DNA from: the human T2T-CHM13v2.0 reference genome, Homo sapiens
Assembly: GCF_009914755.1 (NCBI RefSeq)
Contig: NC_060945.1
DNA length: 64,000 nucleotides
Reading direction: 5' to 3' (one strand)
Part shown: in pieces, positions 13,115 through 26,179 of the stretch
Layout of the letters: the number at the start of each line of letters is the position of its first letter
How positions within the stretch are numbered: position 1 is the first letter of the stretch
Notes under the pieces: model-generated
Database searches by the model: none
Told to the model about the DNA's origin: nothing
The model's input: only the letters and a program-made list of their open reading frames with translations
Made by a program: the position numbers and the translations under genes

Positions 13115-14839
13115 GTATGTGGACTGAGTTTAGACTTATATTACATTTAATCTTAAGGGGGAAAAAATCTGTGAAGGACCTAGCTTGTTTAAATATATAA
13201 CAAAGAAAATAGTGAAAATTATTATGGTACAATCAGTTTATGTGGGGAAGTTAGTGATTAACAGTAGCAATTTTTTTATATCATGAAGCTTTTTTACTTT
13301 ATCAGTTAAAGAGATACTCAAATGTAGGTATGTTATGCTAACAATACACAATGTTCTTCCCGTCTTAGATATTTTCACAGCATCATGGGAAAGATTGCAT
13401 GTTACACTGACAGAATCTATTAGTAAGTGGTTTGATTTATAGCATTTTAGAAAACATTGGTCTGCAGAAGTAGGTGATGTTTGCAGAATCTAGAATGGAT
13501 AGCATTCTAGGATGTTTTAATGGGAAGAGCCTAGAACTGGGGGTCAGGAAAAGTAGGTTGTGGCACAGCTTCTTCCTTAGTTTGGTTCATTAAAAACCCT
13601 GTGGGCCCAGTGATGGGTGTTGAGAAGGAATTCAGAAATGCTTACACTTGTCTCTGCCCTTGAGGACCTTGTGTTCTAGAAAAGAGAATAAGAAGCATGC
13701 ACTAATAACAGTAACATGGTAGTAAACTCAATACGGGAGGGCCAGAGAAGGTGCCAAGGGCATCAAAGGAAGGACCCAACACTTTCTTTCTCCCTGGGAG
13801 AGAGGAAAGCTGTGGTGCAGGGGTAGAGTCTCAGATGGGCTGTGAACGTGAAAGTGGAATTAGAAAGCTGGGTGTCAGGGCTTATTTGGAATTGGGGACC
13901 CTATTTGGGTAATGGCATGGAGTCCAGCTTGAACTAACTAGCTAGCTAGCAGCTAATTCCTTCTTTTCTCTTAGATCTTAATTTCCTCACATTAAAATGA
14001 GATGATTTGGAGGCAGTGACATGTGTGGTCCTGTTTTACTTAAAAATTATAATATTCCTAGATTCTAAATGATAATTTCTTACCTTTCATACTATATGAA
14101 CATATTATGATAATCCCCAAGTCCCTCAGAATCAGAAGTCTCCTTTATGTGTTGTTAGGAGTTAGACTTTTAAATGTCATGCTGTTTGTTTTAAAGGGTA
14201 CATTAAAAGGTCTGGCCTTGTACGATGGTGTCACAGATGATAAAGTTCCAATGCATATAAGGAGTGGAAAGCTTACTTTTGACAACAAAAGTTCTTAGAA
14301 AAGAGCACACTCAAATACAGATGGCTTTATCTTTTCAGGATACTGCTTCATGACTGAAGGTGACATGCTACTTGATAGCCTGAATTTATTGCCATCAGTT
14401 TGCTGCTGCTGGTAATAAAATGCTGTCCCGGGACTGAGCTTACAAAACCTGATGCATGTTTGGATCACAAAACAAGACAACTAAAAAGGACACAATTCCC
14501 TCTCAGCATACACTCGTCCTTTAACTTGTGTTCTCTACATATAATACACAGCACTTCCAGCTGCCACTGTTTCTCTGTTTCTAGTCATGAGGTCAGAAGC
14601 CACTAACCAAATTATTGGCAATCCCAATGGATTCTCAAGTGCAGTAGCTCTGCCTTCCACCTTCACCCCAAACATTTTCAGTTTTATCTCTTCATTTAAA
14701 AGAATAGTTATATTTCTTAAAACTTTTCAAAATCTACTGATCTTGTAGATCAGAGTGTTTGACAATGTCATGAGTGCTTTGATAATTGAGAGCCCCGACT
14801 TTTTCCCTGACCTCTTCATGCATGATCCCCTAGGGTATT

Positions 14840-15700
14840 TCTGTGAGACAGCCAAATAGCCCCTTAAAGCAGTATGACTGAACCCACCTATCACATCTTC
14901 AGAGATCTGTTTTTCCTCAATTTATCTCAGTCAATAATATTGTATATCTAGTATTTAAACAGGAAACTCTGTAATTAGTCTCAATTCTTTCTTTTCAGTA
15001 TTAAGAGTATAACTTGTTTGTCATCAATCCAAATGAGCTTTGTCCTTGATCTGTCCTTTGCTGTCCACCCCACTTCCCGAGGCCAAGACCTTAGTTGTCT
15101 TTCCACAGTTAGACCACTATAGTAGCCTCCAAACTGGACTCCATGCCTCTAGAATCTCCCACTTTTCCGTCTTCCTCTTATATTGCAGCTAGTGACTCTT
15201 CTAGAACATCTGTCTAACATTCTGTTAACTATTCAATTTGGGAAACATTTGTTTAGTTTTACTTGCAGATTAAGTTCACATCATCTGGGGTCTGGGTTCA
15301 TCATCATCCTCTCTCTCTGAGCACACACCCCACTACTGACTGTGCCCAAACCTGCCTTGTGCTTTCCTGCCTCCTGTCTTTACTCACGTAGTTCCCCCAG
15401 CCATGCCCCACCCCTTTGCTTGTTCATTTCAAGAGTAACTTAAATGTCCCCTCTTCCTCAGAGTCTTCTTTGCCCCTCCTGTGGGCCTCTCCCTTGCAGA
15501 CTTCAGACTTGAGTCCTTCGTGAGCTTTGTTGCCTTGTGTTTCACGTGGTCCTTAGCACGCTGGGTTACAGGAGTTTGTCTGTTTGTCTTTCTGGCAGTA
15601 GAACAGGAGTTCATCAATGGTAGGGACTGTCTTGTGCATCTCTATTCCCAGGACTAGCATAGATGGTACCTAGAAGGCACTCAACATTATGCTGAATCAG
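14840..15700 (+). mobile_element. L2 LINE 3' portion (degenerate)
   Basis: actatagtagcctccaaactgg...gggactgtcttgtgcatctctattcc...ggcactcaacattatgctgaat, typical of the L2 3' end; boundaries approximate. Confidence 0.6.
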
Positions 15701-15907
15701 ATTGAAGTTTTATGGTTCTTTGTAGTTGGTTTCCCGTTTAGTCAGCCATTTTGCCCTTGGTTTCTAAACCACACTTGTGTCAAAGCCAAATAAGGAATAG
15801 AACATGGCCTATGCCAGTAGTATGAGGAGTTATTTTAAGGCTTTAGTGTACTATATGGAAATGTAAATATTTAGTTTTCTCACAAAACCATCTGTATATT
15901 CCTACAG

Positions 15908-15954
15908 ACAGCCGCTGTACTGTGTTAAGGAAACAAGATAGTGGTGAAGCACCG
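15908..15954 (+). CDS. TTC3: TTC3 window exon 9 (aa 998-1013)
   Basis: ctacag|ACAGCC...GCACCG|gtaagt; 47 nt; (D)SRCTVLRKQDSGEAP. Confidence 0.93.
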
Positions 15955-17013
15955 GTAAGTTACTTGATCACTTGAAATCTTACGTTCTAATCTATGTTAA
16001 ACCAAGGATGAGAAGGGGACCCAGGCCAGTGTTTATTGACATCACAGCCAGCATTCAAGAACCACATTAAAAGGACGTCTGGGTAGTACGTACTATTATT
16101 TCATTAGAAAGTCACTGCCAGTTTTCCTCTCGGAATTGGAGCAATAATCAGCAAACTATGAGGCTTAAATTAGACAATTTCTATAAAGTTTCAGAGCTGA
16201 TAAACATTAATATTCTAATTAAGAAAGGAAGAGTTCTTCATCTCCTGGCATAAAAATGAAAAGTTGTCTTTAATAACTAAACTTCTAATGTTCTGCTCTA
16301 GAAGGAAAACAAAGGGACTTTGTTTTGAGTGGCTCTAAATTACGTTTAAGTTAAAACAGTTCCAGAGTTGTCTTCCTTAGTAGTTTGCAGTTGCCTTTTA
16401 TTCATTCTTCAGAAATTCTTCAGTTTAGGAAAGTGAGTAAATAGAGAAAAGCACAACATTGTGGCAGTTTTCAAAGAGAAAAATGCCTGTTTACTGATTT
16501 TCAGGAGCAAATCATCTATCTATATGAAATTTTGTCTTAATCTGCTCCATCAAATATTGCCCAGCTAAGCAGGGAAACACAGCTGAAATACTCCATAAGG
16601 AGCTGAAGGCTTCTTTATTCACTGTTTGTGCCCCAGTGTCTGGTCAGGTGCAGAATGTCTAGTTTGGCTTAGTAAAAGAAATATATTAATAATAAAAATA
16701 CTATTATGGCATCTAACTGGAATTACTTAAAAGTCTGATTAATTACTTGAAATAACAGTCCAACCCTGTGGAAAATAAGATAAAAATGTTGGAACAACTT
16801 AATTTTAGTTATAACATTAGGTATTATTAAATTTTGTTTGTTTTCTATTATAAATCGTAGCACTTGGGCTGATACACTGTAGTGTTATTTTTGTTAAACA
16901 TTTTATGTACATTTAACTTATGGCTAGTCTGTAAAAACTCATATGGTTTCTTTATGTTGAGCTTCATAATGCTGTTATTTGAGTGTTCACTGATTTTTCC
17001 CCCCATTTTTTAG

Positions 17014-17070
17014 TTTAGTTCAACCAAGGTGAAAAACAAAAGCAAGAAAAAGAAGCCAAAGGATTCAAAG
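17014..17070 (+). CDS. TTC3: TTC3 window exon 10 (aa 1014-1032; basic patch)
   Basis: ttttag|TTTAGT...TCAAAG|gtatgg; 57 nt; FSSTKVKNKSKKKKPKDSK. Confidence 0.93.
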
Positions 17071-17476
17071 GTATGGAGTATTTTCTGTATTAATTCTTGT
17101 CTAAACTCTCCAAAATAGTTAGTTGGACATATACATTAGAATTGAGCAATTCTTGGGATATTTTGAAACATTTGTAGAGAAAGACTTTCTAGGACTTAAA
17201 GATGTTTTGGCAGTCTTCTACATTTTGAAGAAATTCCAGGTTCATATTATATAATAGCAAGTCTTGACACTCGTATTCTTTATTGTCTTTTTTATTTTTC
17301 TAGGTATTTCTGAGTAAAAAAAAAAAATTGTCATAATGTCCCAAAAAATAAATAAGTCTCAAAAAATAGATAACATATTTAAACTAAAAATGATGAATAC
17401 TAATCATTATGACAGTCCCAGGATTGATAGAATCCCTTCCTTCCTCTCACCAAAGGCTCTCCTCCAAGCCCATTAG

Positions 17477-17785
<309 letters not shown>

Positions 17786-18201
17786 TAAGTCTTTGGTGGG
17801 TTCTTCATGGCTCTTGTGTGTATGTGGGGAGCAGAAAGGGGGATGGAGTGAGAGAGAGTAGCAAATCTTCAAAGGATGAGAACAGTTAAGGAGTTCCAAT
17901 ACAACTTTTATTTTTATCTTTGACTATGTATTTAGTTTAGATAAAATGGGAGTTTAAACTGAGTAACATTTAAATTTTTTTGGAGCATTGGAAACTATCC
18001 TAAATGTTAATTTGAGCTTATTTTTGGCTGTTGAAACTTTTATTACTATGTGTTCCTGTTTATAAGAAAATTTGGATAGATCTTATATATCAGCAATTTG
18101 TATGTGTGTTTATATAAGTATTCATCAATTTTAATGATTTTTTTTCTTTAATGGAATTTTAAGGTAGAAAATCATTGTCATTTTTCTGTCTTTTAAACCA
18201 G

Positions 18202-18275
18202 CCTATGTTAGTTGGGTCTGGAACAACTTCAGTAACTTCAAATAATGAGATCATCACTTCAAGTGAAGACCATAG
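18202..18275 (+). CDS. TTC3: TTC3 window exon 11 (aa 1033-1057)
   Basis: accag|CCTATG...CATAG|gtaagt; 74 nt; PMLVGSGTTSVTSNNEIITSSEDH. Confidence 0.94.
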
Positions 18276-18936
18276 GTAAGTATAATTTTTAAATTTTTGC
18301 TTCATTTTAACTCAAATGTCTTTACTTAATAAGTTGTGTTAATTTAATATATATAAACTTGTGTTTTATTTCCCTAACTTTCCTTTCTAAAGCTGTGCAT
18401 CTGACAACCTGATGTAATTCCATCTTGATTACATTTATATAGTGTGGCTAGAAGGCATTAAGAATTCATTCAAACTGTGTTAAAGTCACGACACTGGTGA
18501 CATTCATTCACTAAGTACATATTGAGAACCTACCATGTGCAAGGCTCTGTGGGAAAATCATAGAAAAATGTCTAGAAATTATTCTTTAAAATAGTCAATA
18601 AAGAGAATGTCCTGTTAATACTTACTAGCATTTTTGCTGTAAGAGAGGAAGCTGTTTTGGGAGCTGTATATGATGTTATGTTTTCACCTTATATATTAGT
18701 GATTTTCAATGCCATCTGGTTGTCAAAACTGAGTTTTCAATAAACAAATATTTAAGAAATAAAACTAGTGAGTAGCAGTAACCTTTTTATATCATACTCC
18801 TTTATGAACCAAAAATGTACAACATGGTTTTTTTTTTCTCATTTCTTAAAGGAGCTATCAGAGCAGTTAAAAATTTACGTGGTCATTTTCATGGATTCCT
18901 TAAGTAGGGTAATTGTTTTAAGTTAAAATAATAGCC

Positions 18937-19289
18937 TGTCTTAGTCAGTTTGGGCTGCTATAACAATATACCATAAACTGGGAGGCTTACACACAGAAAT
19001 TTATTTCTCACAGTTCTGGAGGCTGGGAAGTCCAAGATCAAGGTACTGGCAGATTCAGTGTTTGGTGAGGGCCTGCTTTCTGGTTCATAGATGGTGCCTT
19101 CTTGCTGTGTTTTCTCATGGTGGAAGGGACAAGGCAACTCTCTGGGGCCTCTTTTATAAGGGCACTAAGTCCATTCATGGGGGTAGAGCCTAATTACCTC
19201 CCAAAGAATCCACATCCTAACACCATCACATTGGTGATTAGGTTTCAACATATGAGTTTTGCAGAAACACAAACATTCAGACCATAGCA
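18937..19289 (-). mobile_element. MLT1A-type MaLR solo LTR
   Basis: TG...CA termini; TSD TAGCC at 18932-18936 and 19290-19294; tttatttctcacagttctggaggctgggaagtccaagatcaagg. Confidence 0.88.
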
Positions 19290-19294
19290 TAGCC

Positions 19295-19530
19295 TTTACT
19301 GAGATTAATTCTTATGTATCAGACATTGTTTTGGGGGTTTACATACATAAACTCTTTCAATCCACTTATCCTGCCTAGGAGGTAAGTGCTATTATATTCT
19401 GTCCAATGTACAGATAAGGAAACTCTGAGGCACAGTGCAGAGCGACTTGCCCAAGAACACAAAGCTTATAAATAGCAGAGCTGGGATTTAAGTCATGCAG
19501 CCTGGTTTTAGAGTCCACACTCAAACTACT
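19295..19530 (-). mobile_element. MIR SINE
   Basis: tacagataaggaaactctgaggcac...gacttgcccaag MIR core. Confidence 0.7.
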
Positions 19531-19550
19531 ACATCTTTTTAGAGTGCTAA

Positions 19551-19860
<310 letters not shown>

Positions 19861-20261
19861 TAAAAAAAACCTTTTATTAATACCATTTACCAGTCTCAGT
19901 CTCACTTTAAGTTAATTTATAGCAGTTATAATACAATCTTCATTTGTCTTTCAGTCATTTAACAAGTTATAATTAATGCAACTTTTTTTAAAAATATGGA
20001 GTTTTAAGAATTTTGCTCTTTGGAGCAAGACTAAATAATTGAAAGTGCTTACTTAGATTGTCAGATATGATATTTCTCGCCTATAACTGTGGAAGGGTAA
20101 CTTTTCTACACTAAGTTCCCTGGTGCTATTTTTTTGCAACATAGAGCTGAGTAATATATTGCCATTATTGTGTTTATTTCAATTAGACATTCTTCTGGTT
20201 AAATAATAAACCAAAGGTCTATCATCCACAAAATTGGGTGTTTTTTGTTGTTATTTACCAG

Positions 20262-20426
20262 CAATCGAAATTCAGATTCTGCAGGCCCATTTGCAGTGCC
20301 TGACCATCTTCGGCAAGATGTAGAAGAATTCGAAGCTCTCTATGACCAACACAGTAACGAATATGTTGTCCGCAATAAGAAGCTATGGGACATGAACCCA
20401 AAACAAAAATGTTCAACTCTATATGA
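20262..20426 (+). CDS. TTC3: TTC3 window exon 12 (aa 1057-1112)
   Basis: accag|CAATCG...TATGA|gtaagt; 165 nt; overlaps ORF 20245..20430. Confidence 0.95.
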
Positions 20427-20544
20427 GTAAGTGGGTTGAAATTTTTACAACCATTATTTTATACTAAGGCTGCCAATTAAAGATCAGAAGTTGTTTAATT
20501 TGTGCCTGTTTTTAGAGATTTTGCCACATTTTACACAAAGTTAA

Positions 20545-20850
<306 letters not shown>

Positions 20851-21761
20851 TGAGGATTTTTAATTATTAAATTTAGAGTCCTAATGATTATTGATTTTGT
20901 CAGTTTGAGCTACTAAGTCGATACTGAGTGGGGTGGATAAAACAAGTAAAAAATTCAGGAAAATCTCAGATAGCTTACCATTTTGAGCTTTGTGTTATTA
21001 GATAGTGCATGAGGCCTTCCTTTTAAGAAAATAAATCAAGGGCTGAGGTCTGTAATAGAGTATTAATTTAAAAGCCAACTCTTCTCCTGGAAGTCCTGTC
21101 AGTAGCATATCCACCATATGGCCCTTTCTTCTGTTTTCCTGTATTGCATCATTCCTATTTAGTTCTGTGCTCTTAGATCCTTCTTCATGGTTTTTCTTTA
21201 GAGTTGAAATGCTGAGCAAATCATATTTCCAGAGAACTCTTGGGTGACAGTGTGGAAACAACTGTAAAATTATACTATTATTTCTTAAAGTATGCTAGAA
21301 TTTGCTTCAGGCATCCAAAAGTAAAGCTAAAGTATGTAGTTTTCAGTATTTACTGTACGCAAATTCAAATAGGATTTGTTTTTGAGATTTGATTTTCTCT
21401 TTTTATTTAAAATTCTTATTGGCATTATTATCTTTCCTGAATAAATTTTTTGTTGTTGTTTTTAGAATAAATTATGTAATTACATAGTTGAAAGTTATGA
21501 AATAACTTTTTGATTTCCTTTTGCTTTCCCCTGCTCCCAGAAAAGTTTTAAATGATCATTTTCTAGGAGGTAGACAAAATTTTCTTTATAGTATCATTGA
21601 TTGCAGTTAACCTTATGTTTGTTATATTTGTTGTTGAGGAAAGGTTGAGATCAGTGAAAAGTGAAACAGTGTTTTCCTTTGGGAGAATAAAAGTTTTTTT
21701 CAAATAGACATATTCAAGTACTTCCTTATAGTAACTCATGTAAATGTAAATTTTTTCCAAG

Positions 21762-22827
21762 TTACTTCTCTCAGTTTTTGGAGGAACATGGTCCCTTGGA
21801 CATGAGTAACAAGATGTTCTCTGCAGAATATGAGTTTTTCCCAGAAGAAACTCGACAGATACTAGAAAAAGCAGGAGGTTTAAAACCTTTTCTCTTGGGA
21901 TGCCCTCGTTTTGTTGTGATTGACAACTGTATTGCACTGAAGAAGGTTGCATCACGGCTCAAGAAAAAAAGGAAGAAGAAAAACATTAAAACAAAAGTAG
22001 AAGAAATTTCAAAAGCAGGGGAGTATGTACGAGTTAAACTACAACTGAATCCAGCTGCTAGGGAATTTAAACCAGATGTAAAGTCTAAACCAGTGTCAGA
22101 TTCATCTTCAGCACCAGCTTTTGAAAATGTGAAACCCAAACCTGTGTCTGCAAATTCTCCCAAGCCAGCTTGTGAAGATGTGAAGGCCAAACCAGTATCC
22201 GACAATTCTTCTAGACAAGTTTCTGAGGATGGGCAACCCAAAGGGGTCTCTTCTAATTCTCCTAAACCAGGCTCTGAGGATGCAAATTACAAGCGAGTCT
22301 CCTGTAATTCCCCCAAACCGGTTCTTGAGGATGTGAAACCAACTTATTGGGCTCAATCCCATTTGGTCACAGGATACTGTACGTATCTTCCTTTCCAGAG
22401 ATTTGATATCACCCAGACACCGCCAGCATACATAAACGTGTTACCAGGTTTGCCCCAGTACACCAGCATATATACACCCTTGGCCAGCCTTTCTCCTGAA
22501 TATCAGCTACCAAGATCAGTACCAGTGGTGCCGTCTTTTGTAGCCAATGACAGAGCAGATAAAAATGCTGCTGCCTATTTTGAGGGTCATCATTTGAATG
22601 CTGAGAATGTTGCTGGTCACCAGATTGCCTCTGAAACACAGATCCTTGAGGGCTCTTTGGGAATATCTGTAAAGTCACACTGCAGCACAGGTGATGCTCA
22701 TACAGTCCTGAGTGAGTCTAACAGAAATGATGAGCACTGTGGAAATTCTAACAACAAATGTGAAGTAATTCCAGAAAGCACCAGTGCAGTAACAAACATT
22801 CCACACGTGCAGATGGTTGCCATACAG
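21762..22827 (+). CDS. TTC3: TTC3 window exon 13, large exon (aa 1112-1467; basic NLS-like patch, PAM2 motif, 17-aa repeats)
   Basis: ttccaag|TTACTTC...ATACAG|gtaaga; 1066 nt; corresponds to ORF 21778..22842. Confidence 0.96.
22075..22341 (+). repeat. TTC3: Coding tandem repeat, 51-nt (17-aa) unit, 5 copies plus a partial one
   Basis: DVKSKPVSDSSSAPAFE / NVKPKPVSANSPKPACE / DVKAKPVSDNSSRQVSE / DGQPKGVSSNSPKPGSE / DANYKRVSCNSPKPVLE / DVKP. Confidence 0.9.
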
Positions 22828-23768
22828 GTAAGAGTTAAATAGAAAAGTCTTCTTAATACTGAAGTTAAATTTTCCTTTTCATTTTTCATTGCCGTTATAT
22901 TTGCAAGAATCCTTAAAGTTGATTGACTTTATAATGATTACTGAAGCTTTTGCCTGAAAATACTTTTAAAATATGAACTCTTTTGTGAGGCATGACAGGT
23001 AATCTTCTCAGAAAGAAGCTTGGGTCCAGTAAACAATACCCATCTTTGCTACTGAAATTCTACACAGATTGAGAAATAAGACAGCAGGTGGAGCCAAAAC
23101 GTCATCCTAAGAATTAATAAAGGTGCTGGAGGAGAAGGTGGCTGTTTGTAGGAAAGTTCAAGTGCTAGCTGGAAGTGTAGCCTGCATCACAGTGCCTTAC
23201 CTGCCAGTTACAGGAGGGCCCACCTGGAGGCCTTCCAGCGTGGGGTGCCTGCCCCATAGGACTTAGCGCATGAAGGAGGAAGGGAAAATGTGCTGGCAGC
23301 TCCTCAGAAAGAGAAGGAAAAAGGAAGACTCTGACCTACACAGGCCCAGCTTCTCCTGTCAAACCAGGGGAGGAATGAGAATGTTAAAAAGAGACAGCCA
23401 GGTAGAAACAAGAGGGATGTGTATGAGTTCTTTCCTAACAAGGAAGAGATGAAATCAAGATTCTCCTATGGTTGCCTTTATAGGGTATGAATTCATTAAA
23501 TCCTTATTGAATTGCCCCACTCATTATGTTTTCTAGGAAGCTTTGAAAAAAATAGGTTAAGAGCAATGGATCATAATCATTTTCAGTTATACTAATTCTA
23601 AATAACTTTCCTAATATACATGTTTACGGAAAGCATGGAACATGATCTAAATGGGAAAAAAAAACTTGAAAAAATTGTGGGTGTGTTTTAAAGTGTTACT
23701 ACTTGATGGGCTTATTTTACTAGAGCGATTGAGATAAAGTGAATTTTAATTTTTTGTTTTGCCCACAG

Positions 23769-23834
23769 GTATCTTGGAACATAATACACCAAGAAGTCAA
23801 TACTGAGCCATATAATCCTTTTGAGGAACGACAA
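23769..23834 (+). CDS. TTC3: TTC3 window exon 14 (aa 1468-1489)
   Basis: ccacag|GTATCT...CGACAA|gtgagt; 66 nt; VSWNIIHQEVNTEPYNPFEERQ. Confidence 0.94.
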
Positions 23835-24071
23835 GTGAGTCAAAATTACATTAAACTGTTTAAAGGTTTAGTTTTCATTAATTTATCTAGATGGAATGAT
23901 GAACTAGAACTATTTTGGAGTCAGCTTATTCCACACAAAGTTATCATGGAATAAGCTTGAGAACATAACAAAAAAATGATTTTGTTTTTATTGTTGAAAT
24001 TTGAGAAGGGAAGGAAAAGGTAATTTTTTTCCAGCATACTTATTTCAAATTATAACAGCGTTATTGTTTTA

Positions 24072-24148
24072 TTTTATTATTTTTAAAATTTTATTTATTT
24101 TTATTTTAATTATTTTTGAGACACGGTCTCACTGTCATCCAGGCTGGC
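24072..24148 (-). mobile_element. Severely 5'-truncated Alu (~30 bp body plus A-rich tail)
   Basis: T-rich tail then gagacacggtctcactgtcatccaggctgg; TSD cagc(g/t)ttattgtttta. Confidence 0.75.
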
Positions 24149-24899
24149 CAGCTTTATTGTTTTAACTGGTATAATGAGCATATAATAATTTATAAGTAAG
24201 CTTATTCATGCGAATAATACAGAAAGATAAAGACCTTCTCTACTATAATAATGATTCAATTAGAAAACCTACTAATATAATTTAGTTCGTTAATATGCAT
24301 CATAAGAGAAAAGTTGTCTTATCAACTCAAAGTTGCTGTAAAGGTATTGGATAAAATTCAGGTCACTGTCTTGACCAAAACTAGTAAGAAAATGGGAATT
24401 GATGAATATTTCTCAACATGCTAATATTTTAAGCCAAAAGCCATCATCTTGCTTAATGGTAAAACATCACCATTAATATTTATTGTTATCCTGGGTATAT
24501 TAACTGAGAAAGCAGATATGAGAAAGAAAGAAGATAGAAAAGAGGAGATGTGAGTATCATTATTTACAGAGGCTAGGGCTGTGTACCAGGAAAATCCAAA
24601 ATGATCAACTGAAAACCTACACTAACCTATATAAACCTATACTTGTATATAAAAATATATATAAACAATTACCTGTTAGAAAGTATGTTGAAAGAAAATA
24701 TTTTCAATACCAAAAAAGAGATAAAATACTTAAATGTATATAAAGAAAAATTTTTAAATGCTATGGAGAGACACATAGAAGCCTTAAATGAAAAGATATT
24801 TCATGTACTTGGATAAGAACACATATTATGATAATGAGATTGGTTCTCCCTAAAGCTTTTTAAAATTTAACACAATCCCAGTATATACATGAACAGGGC

Positions 24900-25395
24900 A
24901 AATTAGTTATGTATATTGCTGTATATATAACAAACAACCTCAAAGCTAGTGGCTTAAAACAGTAAATATTTCACAATTGTGAAATCTCACAATTTCGCTA
25001 AGTCAGGAATTCAGGAGCAGTTTAGTTGGATGCTTCTGGAGATTCTCATGTAGCTAGCCAAGATGTTGACCAGGGCTTGGTCATCTGCGGGAGTAACTGG
25101 GGCCAGAGGTTCTACTTCCAAGATAGCTCACTCACATGGCTGGCAAGCGGATGTTGGCAGTTGTCAGGAAGCTTCAGTTCCTTGCCTTGTGGACCTCCAC
25201 CTAGCCCTGCTTGACCTCATGGGGCTGGCTTTTCCCAGAGTGTGTGATCCCAGGCAGAAGCGGCAGTGCTTTAGGAAGTCACAAATTATCACTTCTGCTG
25301 CATTCTCTTGGTCACATAGATCAATCCACCAACCCTGATACATGGTAGGAGAGGTCTATACAAGGCTGTGACTAACAAGAGGCCTGGTTACTGCA
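24900..25395 (-). mobile_element. MLT1-type MaLR LTR
   Basis: attgctgta...taacaaacaacctcaaagctagtggcttaaaaca...ttccaagatagctcactcacatggctggca. Confidence 0.7.
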
Positions 25396-25500
25396 CAGGA
25401 TTAATTTGAAACTAGACAAATTGATTTTAAACTTCATATGTAAAAATGAACATCAAGAATGGGTATGGAAGAGAAACTAAGAAAAGGAGTTGTGCAACTA

Positions 25501-25762
<262 letters not shown>

Positions 25763-25781
25763 TCAATCAAGATGGTAGATT

Positions 25782-26179
<398 letters not shown>

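Noticed and set aside
14100-14600. Repeat-free intronic stretch with short ORFs, considered as a hidden exon or enhancer
   Set aside because: No exon is needed for frame continuity between exons 8 and 9, and conservation or chromatin data would be needed to claim an enhancer.
22075-22341. Regularly spaced repeats considered as a CRISPR-like array
   Set aside because: They are degenerate in-frame coding repeats with no unique spacers, in a eukaryotic exon with no cas genes.
21771-22678. Minus-strand ORFs of 156, 84 and 89 aa
   Set aside because: They are antisense shadows of the large TTC3 exon; their periodicity mirrors the 51-nt repeat and they show no independent gene signals.
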